A stretch of 64,000 nucleotides of DNA from Polyangiaceae bacterium. GTDB taxonomy: Bacteria > Myxococcota_A > Polyangia > Polyangiales > Polyangiaceae. Location: contig JANRKO010000047.1 in NCBI GenBank assembly GCA_033763455.1, positions 64,001 to 128,000 of the forward strand, given 5' to 3'. A program made the translations under genes and the position numbers. Below are positions 20,601-30,724 of this stretch, one piece after another (position 1 is the first letter of the stretch; each line of letters begins with the position of its first letter). The notes below the pieces were generated by a model. That model was not told the origin of the DNA. It ran no database searches and was given only the letters and a program-made list of their open reading frames with translations.

Positions 20601-21491
20601 GTGATCCTTCCGCCTCCGCTAGAGCCCGGCGCCCGCGTGCGCGTGATAGCACCTTCGAGCCCGTTCGACCGCGCTTTGGTGTATCGGGGGCTTAGCTTTC
20701 TGGCGCAGCGCTACCAAGTGCTGTTTGAACCCGAAATGTTCGAAAAAGAGGGATATTTGGCGGGAAACGACGACCGACGCCTGGGCGAACTCAATCGAGC
20801 CCTGCGGGACCCAGAAGCCCGAGCGATCGTTGCTGCACGCGGTGGGTACGGCGCCTCACGAGTCAGCTTTCGGGCCGATTTTGCAGCTTTGAGGCATCAT
20901 CCGAAATGGCTTGTGGGGTTTTCGGATTTCACAGCGCTGCACGTGGAGGCAGCCCGAGTCGGCGTGATGTCCCTCCACGCCCACAATGCCGCGGGGCTTG
21001 GGCGGCACCACGTGAAAGTTTGGCAGCCTTGGGTTTCTGTTTTAGAGGCCGCAGCTTCACCCAGAACACTGACCGGCACGGATGTAGTGGCCCCAGGAAG
21101 GGGTCAAGGGACGCTGGTGGGCGGCAACCTAACCGTTTGGTTCACGGCGTGGGCGGCTGGGCGGGTTCGCCTGCCGGAAGCCTTCGTGCTCGCGCTCGAA
21201 GACGTGGGAGAGGCAACGTATCGCCTGGATCGCATGTTGATGGCCCTTCGGGCCGCGGGTGTTTTCGATGGGTGTCGCGGCATCGCTTTGGGCGAGTTCA
21301 CCGATTGCACGCCCGGAAAATTCGGTGTTTCCCTGCCGCAAATGTTCCGCCAAACGCTCGGCGGGTTGAAGCTTCCCATCTTGGGGGGGCTCCCATTCGG
21401 CCACGGTGCTCAGAATGAACCGCTGATTCTCGGCGGCGAAGCAACGCTTGATACGGCAGCACTCACTTTGCGAATTGCTGCATCAGGCTAA
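20601..21491 (+). CDS. LD-carboxypeptidase (peptidase S66)
   Basis: ARGGYGA, GFSDFT (Ser), LEDVGE (Glu), FGH (His); start GTG 20601. Confidence 0.9.
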   Translation: MILPPPLEPGARVRVIAPSSPFDRALVYRGLSFLAQRYQVLFEPEMFEKEGYLAGNDDRRLGELNRALRDPEARAIVAARGGYGASRVSFRADFAALRHHPKWLVGFSDFTALHVEAARVGVMSLHAHNAAGLGRHHVKVWQPWVSVLEAAASPRTLTGTDVVAPGRGQGTLVGGNLTVWFTAWAAGRVRLPEAFVLALEDVGEATYRLDRMLMALRAAGVFDGCRGIALGEFTDCTPGKFGVSLPQMFRQTLGGLKLPILGGLPFGHGAQNEPLILGGEATLDTAALTLRIAASG

Positions 21492-21506
21492 CACCCATCG
21501 TCCGCC

Positions 21507-24500
21507 TTAAGTGGCGGGGCGATCGATCAACTCGTCATCTTCGATGTCCATGGCGTCGTCAGCCTCCGCCTCCCGCACAGGAGGCGGAGGAACCGGTGCA
21601 TTCGAGGCGGGCCGACGCGGCGGCGGTGGAGGGCCTGAGGAGGGCCCACGTGGCGGCGGAGGAGGCGCTTTGGAAGAACGACCATTCGGTGGTCGAGGCG
21701 GAGGAGCAAGCTTTTTGGCTGGAGGCGGAGGCTCGGGCGCCACCTCAGGCTCAATACCCATGTCGATGTCGACGTCAATTTCTTCTGAGCTTTGTGCGCG
21801 AGCTGCTGCCCTTACTGGGAAGGTCGGAGGCTCCCCTAGCTCGATTTCAGCGGAGGATTGGCGCACATCAGTCGCAAGAACCGAGCGCACGCTTTCCTCT
21901 AAGCTGCCCTCCACGTCCAACGTGCTTGCGGCGTTGGACGCCAGATCTATCTCCACGCGGCTGTCGAGGTTGGGCGCGGAAAAGGGTTCCTCGATCCGCC
22001 GAAAGACAGCTGAGAGTTCCTCGGCCATCGAATCTCCATCGATCTCCGGGGAGAAAGGCGGAGCCTCGTCGCCCAAAGTGTCTCCGTCCTCAGAGCTCGA
22101 CTCCGCCGCGCTCGAAGCCAACAATGCCGAAGCCACCGGTTCTTCGCTGGGCACTTCGTCCTCGTCCCCAACCATCTCCCCATCTGCATCCTCCGAAGCC
22201 TCAGGCAAAACAAGGTTGCCAGCGGAGGTCTGCACGTCAGCATCGGCATCCGAAACAACCCCGGCTGCGACTGTATCCGTCTCAGAATCGCCTGCGCTGG
22301 TATCGGTGTCAGCCTCGCCCGCGGGCTCCAACTCGGCCGCTATCGGCGACGCCGCCACCTCTTCGGAAGCGGCATCAACCGTTCGCGCGGCCTGCAAAGA
22401 CGAAGCCTCCGAGTCAGGAGGTTCCGCAGCCTCGGCTTCTGCTATTTGGGGCCCCTTTTCCTCGTGTTTTTCGGGCGCCGCTACAGATTGCTCAACAGAA
22501 TTATCGCGGCCCGCGTCAGCGTCCGGCGTTTCTTCGGCATCTTCCACCGCCGGAGCGTTCAACATGCCCCGTTTAGCGTTGTCCAAGCCACGCGTGGCTT
22601 CGGGATCATTGGGCACCAGCCGCAAAACGCGCCGCCAAGCATCGGCCGCTTCACGTGGATCGCCAAGCTCGCCACCCCACAGCTTGGCAACCTTTCGCGA
22701 AAGCTCCGCACGCAGCTCCTTGTCCTTGCAGCGCAAGATGAGATCTTCGTAAAGCTTCACCAGGCCCGCGTAATTCTTCGTTTCGGAATACAGGCTAATA
22801 AGGCTATCTGTGACCTCTTGATCGGAAGGAGCGAGTTCGTGCAACCGTTTCAGATCAGCGCTCGCGCCCTCAATGTCATCCAGCTCCTCGCGTCGCAATT
22901 TCGCACGTTTTGCCAAAAGCAAGCGCACCCATGGCCCGTCGAACACCTCCGAGAGGGCTCGCTCGAAAACCGCGTCGGCCAACTTCATATCGTGAAGCTC
23001 CCGCGCCAACTCAAGCACACCGCGGATCCCATCTTCATCCACGTGAGCAATGAGAGCATCACCCATCCAAGCCAAAGCTTGACTGGTATCCTTGTAGTCG
23101 AAGGCCGCAAGCCTTCCGGCGCGCAAAAGGAAGCGCGAACGCGTTTTACCGCCATCTCTCGCCGATTGACCAGCCGCGCTAAGCACATCAGCCAGAAGCT
23201 TCACCACTACAGGCTCTTTGCCTGCAAGATCACACTCCCGAGCACTGTTAACCAGCAACTCTAACGCCTCAGCATCTAAAGAAGAACCCAGCGCGATTTC
23301 AAAAAAGCCACGAGCCCTATCCAATTGACCCGCGCGCGCAGCAACTTCGGCCGCACGAGCTAGCGCCCGCAAGCGATCCTTAGGATCTTTGCAGCGCATC
23401 ACCTGGTGTTCGTAGAGATCCACCGTTTGCTCGGGGGAATCGGCACACGCAGAAAGCCGCTCCAAAAGCGGCTCCACTTCAGCTGGAGGCATGCTCGAAA
23501 GTGCTTGTTCCCCGTGCTCCAAAGCTTGCGCTGAATCCATACCGGCCCGGCGCAACACCAGGGCTTGTCGCACCAACTCTTCCGCGCGCGCTGGCCCAGT
23601 AAGCTGCTTCACCAAGAAGGCCTGAGCGAGAGAGAGAGCTCCCATGTGACGGCTCTTCTGGGCGAGCTCTTCGAGCTTAGAGGCAATTTCAGGGGTGGCG
23701 CCTCCGCTTCGCACGAGCTCTTCGGCCACGCTTACAAGTTGTTCGGTGTCTTCCAAGGCCAGAAAACGCTCAAAAACGGAGCGCAGCGCGGTATCTCGCC
23801 GTTCACTATGCCCAAGCGGCCGATACCAACTGAGCAGCGCGTTTGCCACTTCCGCTCGCCTCCCCAGCTTATCGCCAAGGGCCACGAACGCGTCTCTGCA
23901 AGCTTCATCCCCGGAATCGGCAACGGCTTTTAATGCCGCGAGAGCTTCGTCCCCACGCCCCAAATGTTGGTCCAGAATCTCAGCACGGCGGCGCGTCAGC
24001 TGGCTCACCTCTTCGTCGTCACCCTCGACTTCGATGAGCTCCACCATGTAGCCCGCAAGCGCGTCCCAATCCCCGAGGCGCTCAGAAAGGCTAGCCAGGC
24101 GCTGAACCGCACTAAAATCCTCAGGATCCTGGCTTCTCACCAAAGCTAGCAAACGGACCGCATCTTTCGGCTCGTCCAGCTTCTCTTCATAAATGTCCGC
24201 CAAGCGATTCGCCACTTCGAGCTTGCTCTCGGGCTCTTCCTGCAACTCGAGTAAACGTTCGAGAGCCTTGGCTGCGCCTGCAAAATTCTCTTCGGCCTCC
24301 TTGAGGTCAGCCACCCTGCGCAGGGCTTCCTGGTTCCTGGGATCGAGCGTATTCAAGATGAATTCGTAGCGCTCCATGGCGCCAACCGGATCTGCTAGCT
24401 GGGTCGCAAGAAACGCACCTTCCCGCAGAGTAATGGCTGTTTTTCGCGCCACATCTGGTTCGGCCGCGGCCTGGCGATGTAAGTAGTGGCAAGCCTCAGC

Positions 24501-26948
24501 CCAATTGCCTTGCTCCACCTCGTCGTTGGCCAAAAGCTCTAGCGCCTCGACATCTTCTGCGTCCTGCAGGATGAGGCCGAGGGTGTCGCGGGAACCTTCG
24601 ATATCGCTCAATTCAGTGCGCTGAACCTCTGCTGCGCGTTTTCGCAGAGAGATCCCGAGAGCCCTATCTTTGGTGGACTCCGCGCGCTGCAGCAACACCG
24701 TCACGATATCTTCGAGCCGATTGTCGGCGCGGTAGGCTTCTTCAAGCTGGGCCGCTGCATCCGTAGCAGTTGGGTCCAGGTCCACCGCGCGTTCCAGCCG
24801 CACCAGGCTCTCATCACGGTCCCCTGCCCTACCCAGGTAGTCTGCCTCTAGCGCCAGAAGCTTCGCCTGAGCCTCGGGAGTCGTAGCTTTTTCTAGACGC
24901 GCTTCCACGCAGGTGGCAGCTTGATTCCAGGCCCCAGCACTTACGTAGCAACTCTCTGCAGCCTCAAAATGGGCTACCGCTCCCGAAAGCGCTCCGGCCT
25001 CCGTGTACGCGTCCCCAGCCGCCTCTTGGTCCCCAAGCTCGGAACGAAGGCTACCCAGTTTTGCGAACAGCTCTGCACGAGCGGCTTCGCTCGACACACT
25101 GGGGACCACTTCGGTGATCGCCTGCGCCGCTAGATCCGGGCGCTTCGCGGTCTGGAAGTGACTGAGAGCGGTTTGCATGGCTGCGTCGTCATCAGGCGCT
25201 AGGTTGGCAATGCGCGCCCAAACGGTTCCGGCAGCGACGGGATCTGAGCGCTTTTCGAGGTGGATCTTGGCGGCCTTCTTTTCGACCACTAGCCGGGCCT
25301 CAAGATCCGTAATCAGCTCCGCGCGCTGCTCCAGAAGCGAAGCCAAATCATCCCAGCGCCCAGCCTTTTCTAGCAAGAGTGCGAGCTGAGCCCCCGCTTG
25401 TTCGTCTTCGGGCGAAATCACGGAAATCTGGCTCCAAGCCCACACAGCGCTCTCAAGATCTTTCAGCTGTCCTTCGCTCAGCATCGCAATCTCTCGCAAC
25501 CATTCAAGCTTTGCACTCGACTCTCCGTGGCTGCCGCGACACGCGTTCACCAGGATCTCGCGCAGCTCCTTGAACTTACGAGTTTGGCGCAAGTACCCCT
25601 GCAGAAATGCCAGCGCTTCGGCGTTTGCTGGGTCGTGCTCGAGCGCGCTTTGATACTTGGCTGCAGCATCGTGTTTTCGTGCCTTGCGGGCTAACGTTTG
25701 GCCTTCTTCGAGCAAGCGCACCACAACTGACAGATCCTTGCGCTCCGCAGAGGCCGGTGCTGCTGCTGGCGCAGTCGCTACGCTCGTCGGCACCCTTCGC
25801 TCGGACGGTGAAGCCGCCGCATGCTCACGAGGGCCCGCGATTGCCCTGGACCCAACTTGAGCGCGCCCCTCCGAAAGATACGCCTCGGTCGCCTCGGCAC
25901 CCATCACCCGAGTGACAAAGGCTTGCGCCTCGTCCGACATGACACCGTCCGGGTTCACCCGCAGATATTCTGCAACCCTTGGGGCAACGTCTTCGTCTTG
26001 ACCGAGCTCGGCACCGTAAAACATCACGAGCTGCACGGCACGTTCGTGTTCTGGGGCAAGCTCAAGCGCACAAGCGGAATACGAATAGCCGTGCTCGCCA
26101 GGGAATTCCTCGGCGAGCTCAATGAACAACTGAACGGCAAGCTCGCGCTCCTGGGGTGAAACAACGTGACCGAGCTGCACTCGCTCCAAAATCGTGGCGC
26201 CGAGCTGCTGTTTTAAGCTGGCATCTGAGCCACCTTCGAGCTCGCGAGCAGCCCGGAGCGCTTGCACTACAGAAGGCAAATCCCCAGCTTCGCGCTGTAC
26301 TTCCGCTTCCTCCAGATAAAGGGCGATCTTGCGCTCAGGATCGGACAAAAGCAGCTGTTCTTTCGCATAATAGGGCAGCGCTTCGCGGGCCCGCTGATCG
26401 GCGCGGTACAGCTCCCTTAAGGACGAAATGGTAGAAAGGCTTTGATCGTTGAACTCGATCGCGCGTCGATAGTTGTCGATCGCCTTTGGGTGCTGAGAGA
26501 GGGGCGCTTCGCCCCACAAGCGGCCCAGTTGGCGGTGTACCGCTGCTGCCGCCGGGCGCAATGCGGGATCGGCAGCTGCGAGAGGATCGAGAGCCTTGGC
26601 GCGCCGCTCCAGCAAGGCGATCAACGCCTTCGAGTCTCCCTTCTCCCGATACATTTCGGCGAGTCGGTTTGCGGGCCCTTCTTGGGTAGGATCGCGGTCG
26701 ATCGCCTTCATCAAGGCGCGCGCGGTCGCCGGTGCGTCCGCGAGTGACTCGCTCCACACGCTGGCCGCTTCGTTATACCAGTGGCACGCAATCGCCCCGT
26801 CGGCGGTCTGTTCCCCGACTTTTTCCAGAAACTCAGCGTAGAGCTTCGGATCCTCCGTCCCCACCTCATAAGCGGCGCCGAGCGCCTCCGCGTCGTGCGG
26901 ATCATTGACCAAACGTACAACTAGGGGTTCGAGCGAAACCTGGTCCAT
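21507..26948 (-). CDS. Giant TPR/alpha-solenoid protein (1813 aa) with acidic linker and polyproline tail
   Basis: Many TPR-like repeats over about 1450 aa, then Asp/Glu-rich disorder and PPPP motifs. Confidence 0.8.
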   Translation of the reverse strand: MDQVSLEPLVVRLVNDPHDAEALGAAYEVGTEDPKLYAEFLEKVGEQTADGAIACHWYNEAASVWSESLADAPATARALMKAIDRDPTQEGPANRLAEMYREKGDSKALIALLERRAKALDPLAAADPALRPAAAAVHRQLGRLWGEAPLSQHPKAIDNYRRAIEFNDQSLSTISSLRELYRADQRAREALPYYAKEQLLLSDPERKIALYLEEAEVQREAGDLPSVVQALRAARELEGGSDASLKQQLGATILERVQLGHVVSPQERELAVQLFIELAEEFPGEHGYSYSACALELAPEHERAVQLVMFYGAELGQDEDVAPRVAEYLRVNPDGVMSDEAQAFVTRVMGAEATEAYLSEGRAQVGSRAIAGPREHAAASPSERRVPTSVATAPAAAPASAERKDLSVVVRLLEEGQTLARKARKHDAAAKYQSALEHDPANAEALAFLQGYLRQTRKFKELREILVNACRGSHGESSAKLEWLREIAMLSEGQLKDLESAVWAWSQISVISPEDEQAGAQLALLLEKAGRWDDLASLLEQRAELITDLEARLVVEKKAAKIHLEKRSDPVAAGTVWARIANLAPDDDAAMQTALSHFQTAKRPDLAAQAITEVVPSVSSEAARAELFAKLGSLRSELGDQEAAGDAYTEAGALSGAVAHFEAAESCYVSAGAWNQAATCVEARLEKATTPEAQAKLLALEADYLGRAGDRDESLVRLERAVDLDPTATDAAAQLEEAYRADNRLEDIVTVLLQRAESTKDRALGISLRKRAAEVQRTELSDIEGSRDTLGLILQDAEDVEALELLANDEVEQGNWAEACHYLHRQAAAEPDVARKTAITLREGAFLATQLADPVGAMERYEFILNTLDPRNQEALRRVADLKEAEENFAGAAKALERLLELQEEPESKLEVANRLADIYEEKLDEPKDAVRLLALVRSQDPEDFSAVQRLASLSERLGDWDALAGYMVELIEVEGDDEEVSQLTRRRAEILDQHLGRGDEALAALKAVADSGDEACRDAFVALGDKLGRRAEVANALLSWYRPLGHSERRDTALRSVFERFLALEDTEQLVSVAEELVRSGGATPEIASKLEELAQKSRHMGALSLAQAFLVKQLTGPARAEELVRQALVLRRAGMDSAQALEHGEQALSSMPPAEVEPLLERLSACADSPEQTVDLYEHQVMRCKDPKDRLRALARAAEVAARAGQLDRARGFFEIALGSSLDAEALELLVNSARECDLAGKEPVVVKLLADVLSAAGQSARDGGKTRSRFLLRAGRLAAFDYKDTSQALAWMGDALIAHVDEDGIRGVLELARELHDMKLADAVFERALSEVFDGPWVRLLLAKRAKLRREELDDIEGASADLKRLHELAPSDQEVTDSLISLYSETKNYAGLVKLYEDLILRCKDKELRAELSRKVAKLWGGELGDPREAADAWRRVLRLVPNDPEATRGLDNAKRGMLNAPAVEDAEETPDADAGRDNSVEQSVAAPEKHEEKGPQIAEAEAAEPPDSEASSLQAARTVDAASEEVAASPIAAELEPAGEADTDTSAGDSETDTVAAGVVSDADADVQTSAGNLVLPEASEDADGEMVGDEDEVPSEEPVASALLASSAAESSSEDGDTLGDEAPPFSPEIDGDSMAEELSAVFRRIEEPFSAPNLDSRVEIDLASNAASTLDVEGSLEESVRSVLATDVRQSSAEIELGEPPTFPVRAAARAQSSEEIDVDIDMGIEPEVAPEPPPPAKKLAPPPRPPNGRSSKAPPPPPRGPSSGPPPPPRRPASNAPVPPPPVREAEADDAMDIEDDELIDRPAT

Positions 26949-27093
26949 CCCAGGCGGAACCTAGCATTTGGGGTGAACCCACAGCAATGAACGAATTTTG
27001 ACTCCAGCAGAACCGGCTTAGAGGCCGACAGTTACGTCCACACTAAACACTAGTCGGCACCCAGGGCGAGGTTTGGTAGACTCCGCCCCCCAT

Positions 27094-28638
27094 ATGACCA
27101 CCGCCCCCCAAGTGGGACCCTCCAGACCGCAAACGAACGCCGCCACATTGCGTGCGCGCATGTCAAGTTCACCAGTCCAACCTGCGTTTGACTTTCGGCA
27201 GGCGCTCGGACTTGTAGTTCCTCTATGCGTCGAACTCGCTGACTTCCATCGGCAGGGCCGTTCGATGCACGTGCATCCGTCGAGTTTGCGGATGTTGGGC
27301 GGGCTCTTAACTTTGGGTCCCGAACTCGGTGAGGCGCTGCCTACCAACCCACACGACCTTGCGTGTTTGCCGCCAGAGAGCCGTCACGGGGCGAAAGGCG
27401 GAGCGCGCGCAAGCATCTATTCAGTCGGCGCTCTGCTTTACGAACTGATCACGGGTAAGAGCGTGGGGCCCGGAATGCTTCGGCCCACGGAGGTTGTAGA
27501 GGGCCTTCCTGTTCAGCTTGAGCTCATTCTCAGCAAGGCCCTTGTCGCCGATCCGGCACATCGCCCCGACGATCTGAATGCGCTAGCCCAGGCCCTGCAC
27601 GAGTTAGCACCTAAACACAGCATGACACCGCCACCCGCGGACGTGACACACCTCGATCACGATGGCGACTTGGATGTCGACATCTCACTTTCGATGTTAC
27701 CACCGATCCCGACGGCGAAGCGGGTAGACGCGAGCAGTCCTTTCGAAATGCAGGTGCAAGTCCAGGCAGCGCCCCCGGTTGCGCGCCCCCGGATGGACGA
27801 CGCCTCCAACGAACTTCTGGCTCTAAAAGCTCGCCTAGAAGCAGACCAACGGCCCCGCTACGTCATCGTAAAAGACGGGATGGACCACGGCCCCTTTAGT
27901 GCCGTGGAGCTCTTGCAGCAAATTGCCACTCACAGCTTCGTTGAAAACGACGTCCTTCGCGACGCCCTTGGAGGCGAAGAGCGCGAAATCAAAGCTTGGG
28001 AAGAATTCGCTCCCTTTGCCGATCATGCTCGGCGCCATCGCGATATCAAGGCCGAAAAAGAAGCCATTCAGCGTGTCGTGGTGCAAGAGGGTCGAAGCAC
28101 GCGTGGCAAGGCTTTTCTAGGTATCGCGGCGCTAGCTGCGCTGCTGATCGCCGCCGGCGCGTGGTTCCTAACGTCTCGCGGTGAGAAAAATGATGCTATT
28201 TTAGTGCAGGAATCCAGCCAATCGAGCGTTGAAACGAACGACGGCCTCACTGGCAAACGTTTCGGTGGCGGGAAACGGCCTCGCGGGGCAGGTCAGCAGC
28301 AGGGCGGCGTTCCGGTGTTGAGCGGAGGCATGAGCTGCGAGGCTGCGCAAGCGGCCTACGTGGAGCAGATGTCCATCGGCGGGCCCAAAGCCCAGGCAGA
28401 TCTCACCGCGGGCCAGTATGGCTCAATTCTAAACAGCAGCAGCTACTTCAGCCATTGCGGCATTCCTGATTCGATGAAGCTGAGCATTTGTGCGGCCGTG
28501 CAGAATGGTCGCGCAGTCGGTGTGTCGGTCAGCACCACGCCCCGAGATGCTGGAAAAGCGGGTTGCGTAGCCTCTGCGGTGCGGCGCCTTTCGTTCCCTA
28601 GCCATCCGAAGCTCGACGTGACACGAACCAACTTCTAG
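27094..28638 (+). CDS. Pseudokinase C-lobe + GYF-like + TM + periplasmic domain protein
   Basis: LPPE and SIYSVGALLYELITG resemble kinase subdomains VIII-IX without HRD/DFG; YVIVKDGMDHGPFS..EL GYF_2-like; one TM; Cys-containing C-terminal domain. Confidence 0.6.
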   Translation: MTTAPQVGPSRPQTNAATLRARMSSSPVQPAFDFRQALGLVVPLCVELADFHRQGRSMHVHPSSLRMLGGLLTLGPELGEALPTNPHDLACLPPESRHGAKGGARASIYSVGALLYELITGKSVGPGMLRPTEVVEGLPVQLELILSKALVADPAHRPDDLNALAQALHELAPKHSMTPPPADVTHLDHDGDLDVDISLSMLPPIPTAKRVDASSPFEMQVQVQAAPPVARPRMDDASNELLALKARLEADQRPRYVIVKDGMDHGPFSAVELLQQIATHSFVENDVLRDALGGEEREIKAWEEFAPFADHARRHRDIKAEKEAIQRVVVQEGRSTRGKAFLGIAALAALLIAAGAWFLTSRGEKNDAILVQESSQSSVETNDGLTGKRFGGGKRPRGAGQQQGGVPVLSGGMSCEAAQAAYVEQMSIGGPKAQADLTAGQYGSILNSSSYFSHCGIPDSMKLSICAAVQNGRAVGVSVSTTPRDAGKAGCVASAVRRLSFPSHPKLDVTRTNF

Positions 28639-28643
28639 GCTCG

Positions 28644-29459
28644 GTGTCCGTGAAGTTGTTAACCCGCATTTGTCAGCAGGCGAACCTCGGTCTCACACTG
28701 CTCGCAGGGGTAACCCTCGTTGGCTGCGAAGCGCGCATCCTGGGTGCACTCGACGAGGGTGAAGCCAACCAAGCGATCACTCGGCTGCAAAAACGGGGCG
28801 TTTTGGCTCGAAAAGAGGCTGATACGTCAGCTGAGGGGCGCTTTCGGCTTTCGGTCGGGAGGCAAGACGCGGATCGCGCAGTGGCAGTGCTTCAAGCGGA
28901 AGGGCTCCCTCGACAACATTCGCCCGGCGTGCTTGAGGCGCTCGGTGAGGCCTCCATTCTGCCTTCCCGCTCATCGGAGCAGGCCAAGTGGCTCGCAGGT
29001 ACCGCCGGAGAGCTAGAGCGATCGCTCAGCGACGTCGAGGGCATCGTGTCGGCTCGTGTGCATTTGGCAGTGCCCGCCGTCGATCCGCTGGCACCGCCTG
29101 AAGGTCCACTCCCGCGGCCCACCGCGTCGGTCCTCATCTCGTACCGCGGAACGCCTGGTTTGACCGACGGGCAGGTGCAACGTCTGGTGTCGGGGGCTGT
29201 TTCAGGGCTCGCACCGGAGGCTGTTGCGGTGGTGGCGCAACAGCTCCCACAAGCCACGGAGCAGGTGGACCTTCAGCGGCTAGGCCCTTTTACGGTTACT
29301 CGAGCCTCGGCCCCGATCCTAAAAGCTTTGCTAGGCGCTGCGTTTTCCCTCAACCTGCTGTTGCTCGGGGGTACTTTTTGGTTTTGGTACCGCTCCCGAA
29401 AGCTGGTGGCGGCGCCACAGGGCACCGCGCCCGCAAGCGCTTTGCCTACGCAAGCTTGA
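28644..29459 (+). CDS. sctJ: SctJ/YscJ/FliF-family ring-forming lipoprotein
   Basis: Lipobox LVGC, L.E.EAN...L, GLPR, ELERSL..VEGIVSARVHLA.P, ASVLI.Y, LVSGAV.GL, C-terminal TM. Confidence 0.8.
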   Translation: MSVKLLTRICQQANLGLTLLAGVTLVGCEARILGALDEGEANQAITRLQKRGVLARKEADTSAEGRFRLSVGRQDADRAVAVLQAEGLPRQHSPGVLEALGEASILPSRSSEQAKWLAGTAGELERSLSDVEGIVSARVHLAVPAVDPLAPPEGPLPRPTASVLISYRGTPGLTDGQVQRLVSGAVSGLAPEAVAVVAQQLPQATEQVDLQRLGPFTVTRASAPILKALLGAAFSLNLLLLGGTFWFWYRSRKLVAAPQGTAPASALPTQA

Positions 29460-29658
29460 CCAGGACGTCACCCTCTTCGACCGCCTGACCCTCGGTCACG
29501 GGTATCTCGCTCACAACGCCGTCGTCGGGTGCTTCCAATGGAAGCTCCATCTTCATCGACTCCAAGATCACCAGCGTTTCCCCCTCTTTCACGCTCTGCC
29601 CCACCTTTACGACAATCTTCCAAACCGTGCCGGTAATCTGCGCCACCACATCTGCCAT
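29446..29658 (-). CDS. Biotin/lipoyl carrier protein (stand-alone)
   Basis: GTVWKI.V..G..V..G..LVILESMKME biotinylation motif. Confidence 0.88.
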   Translation of the reverse strand: MADVVAQITGTVWKIVVKVGQSVKEGETLVILESMKMELPLEAPDDGVVSEIPVTEGQAVEEGDVLVKLA

Positions 29659-29862
29659 GCGCACAAGAGTACACTCAATAAATGCGGGCACCCAATGTCC
29701 ATCGCGTATGCCTGTCCAACGAGTACTTTGGCGCCACCGAGTTCACGATCCTGGCCAAGCGCGCACTCGTTGCTCTTACATAAACCTACATTGAGAAATC
29801 TGCGCGCGACGGAGCGCTTTGGGCTCGGCGCACACAACCGAACCGGTGGAACGGGATGATGC

Positions 29863-29892
29863 TTGACGGGGCAATCTTTAGATTGGTATTCG
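29863..29892 (+). promoter_or_regulatory. Possible sigma70 promoter
   Basis: TTGACG, 17-18 bp spacer, TGGTATTCG, upstream of ORF 29963. Confidence 0.35.
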
Positions 29893-29962
29893 CCCTGTTT
29901 GGACTTTTATTTCCGCCTCGCTTGCCCGAGTATTGTTGTAACTAGATAGGAATCGTCCGCCC

Positions 29963-30712
29963 ATGGCTGAACAGAAAGAAAGCTCCGTCCTCTTTTCCCT
30001 CAAAGAACTGATGAATCTTGAGGAAGATCGGATCAAATCCGAGGAAGACGCGAAGGTTGCCGCGCAACGCCAGGCTCAAGAACGCGCCGCCGCCGCTGAA
30101 AGAGCAAAGCGAGAAGCTGAAGAGGCTCGCATTCGAGCTGAGGAAGATGCTCGCCGCCAGGAAGAGCAGCGCAAGCGCGAGGAAGAAGCGCGGCTTGAAG
30201 CTATCCGCCAAGGCGAAATCGAAAAAGCCCGTGCTGAAGCTGAACACCGAGCTCGCATGGAGGCCCTGAGCGCTCAGCAAGCTCATGAGCAACAGCTGGC
30301 TGCGATGCAGGGGGATAAGTCGCAAAAGAAGTTGAAGGTGATCATCGGAGTCGTGGTGGGCGTGTTCCTGGTTGGAGCCATCGGGGGTGGCATCATCTAC
30401 AAGAAGAACGTAGAGGAAGCGGAAAAGGCGAGCTTATTGGCGAAGCAACAGGCCGCTGCCGCCGAAGAGCAAAGGCAAGCGTTGCAGCGCAAGCTGGAAG
30501 AGCTGGATCAGGAGAGCAAGGAGTTGACGCGTAAGCTCGGCGAAGCCACGACGGCAGCCGACCGCGCGGCCGTTGAAGCTGCAATGGCGGCCCTCAAGGA
30601 CAAAAAGAGCCAGCTCTCTGGCGGCAGCGGTCGTGCCCGGCCGAGCGGCGACAAGCCAGCAGGCAAGCCCTGCGCGTGCCCCCCGGGCGATCCGTTGTGT
30701 TCGTGTCTGTGA
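29963..30712 (+). CDS. Coiled-coil single-TM hypothetical protein with C-terminal CxCPPGDPLCSCL
   Basis: Glu/Arg/Ala coiled coil, one TM, second coiled coil, Cys-rich tail. Confidence 0.8.
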   Translation: MAEQKESSVLFSLKELMNLEEDRIKSEEDAKVAAQRQAQERAAAAERAKREAEEARIRAEEDARRQEEQRKREEEARLEAIRQGEIEKARAEAEHRARMEALSAQQAHEQQLAAMQGDKSQKKLKVIIGVVVGVFLVGAIGGGIIYKKNVEEAEKASLLAKQQAAAAEEQRQALQRKLEELDQESKELTRKLGEATTAADRAAVEAAMAALKDKKSQLSGGSGRARPSGDKPAGKPCACPPGDPLCSCL

Positions 30713-30724
30713 GTTGAGTCTGTC

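Noticed and set aside
21511..22752. 413-aa plus-strand ORF and the many other antisense or alternate-frame ORFs in the track
   Set aside because: Shadow ORFs of GC-rich genes with recognisable products on the other strand or frame; no motifs of their own.
28644..29459. Complete T3SS or flagellar locus
   Set aside because: No other sct/fli genes in the window.
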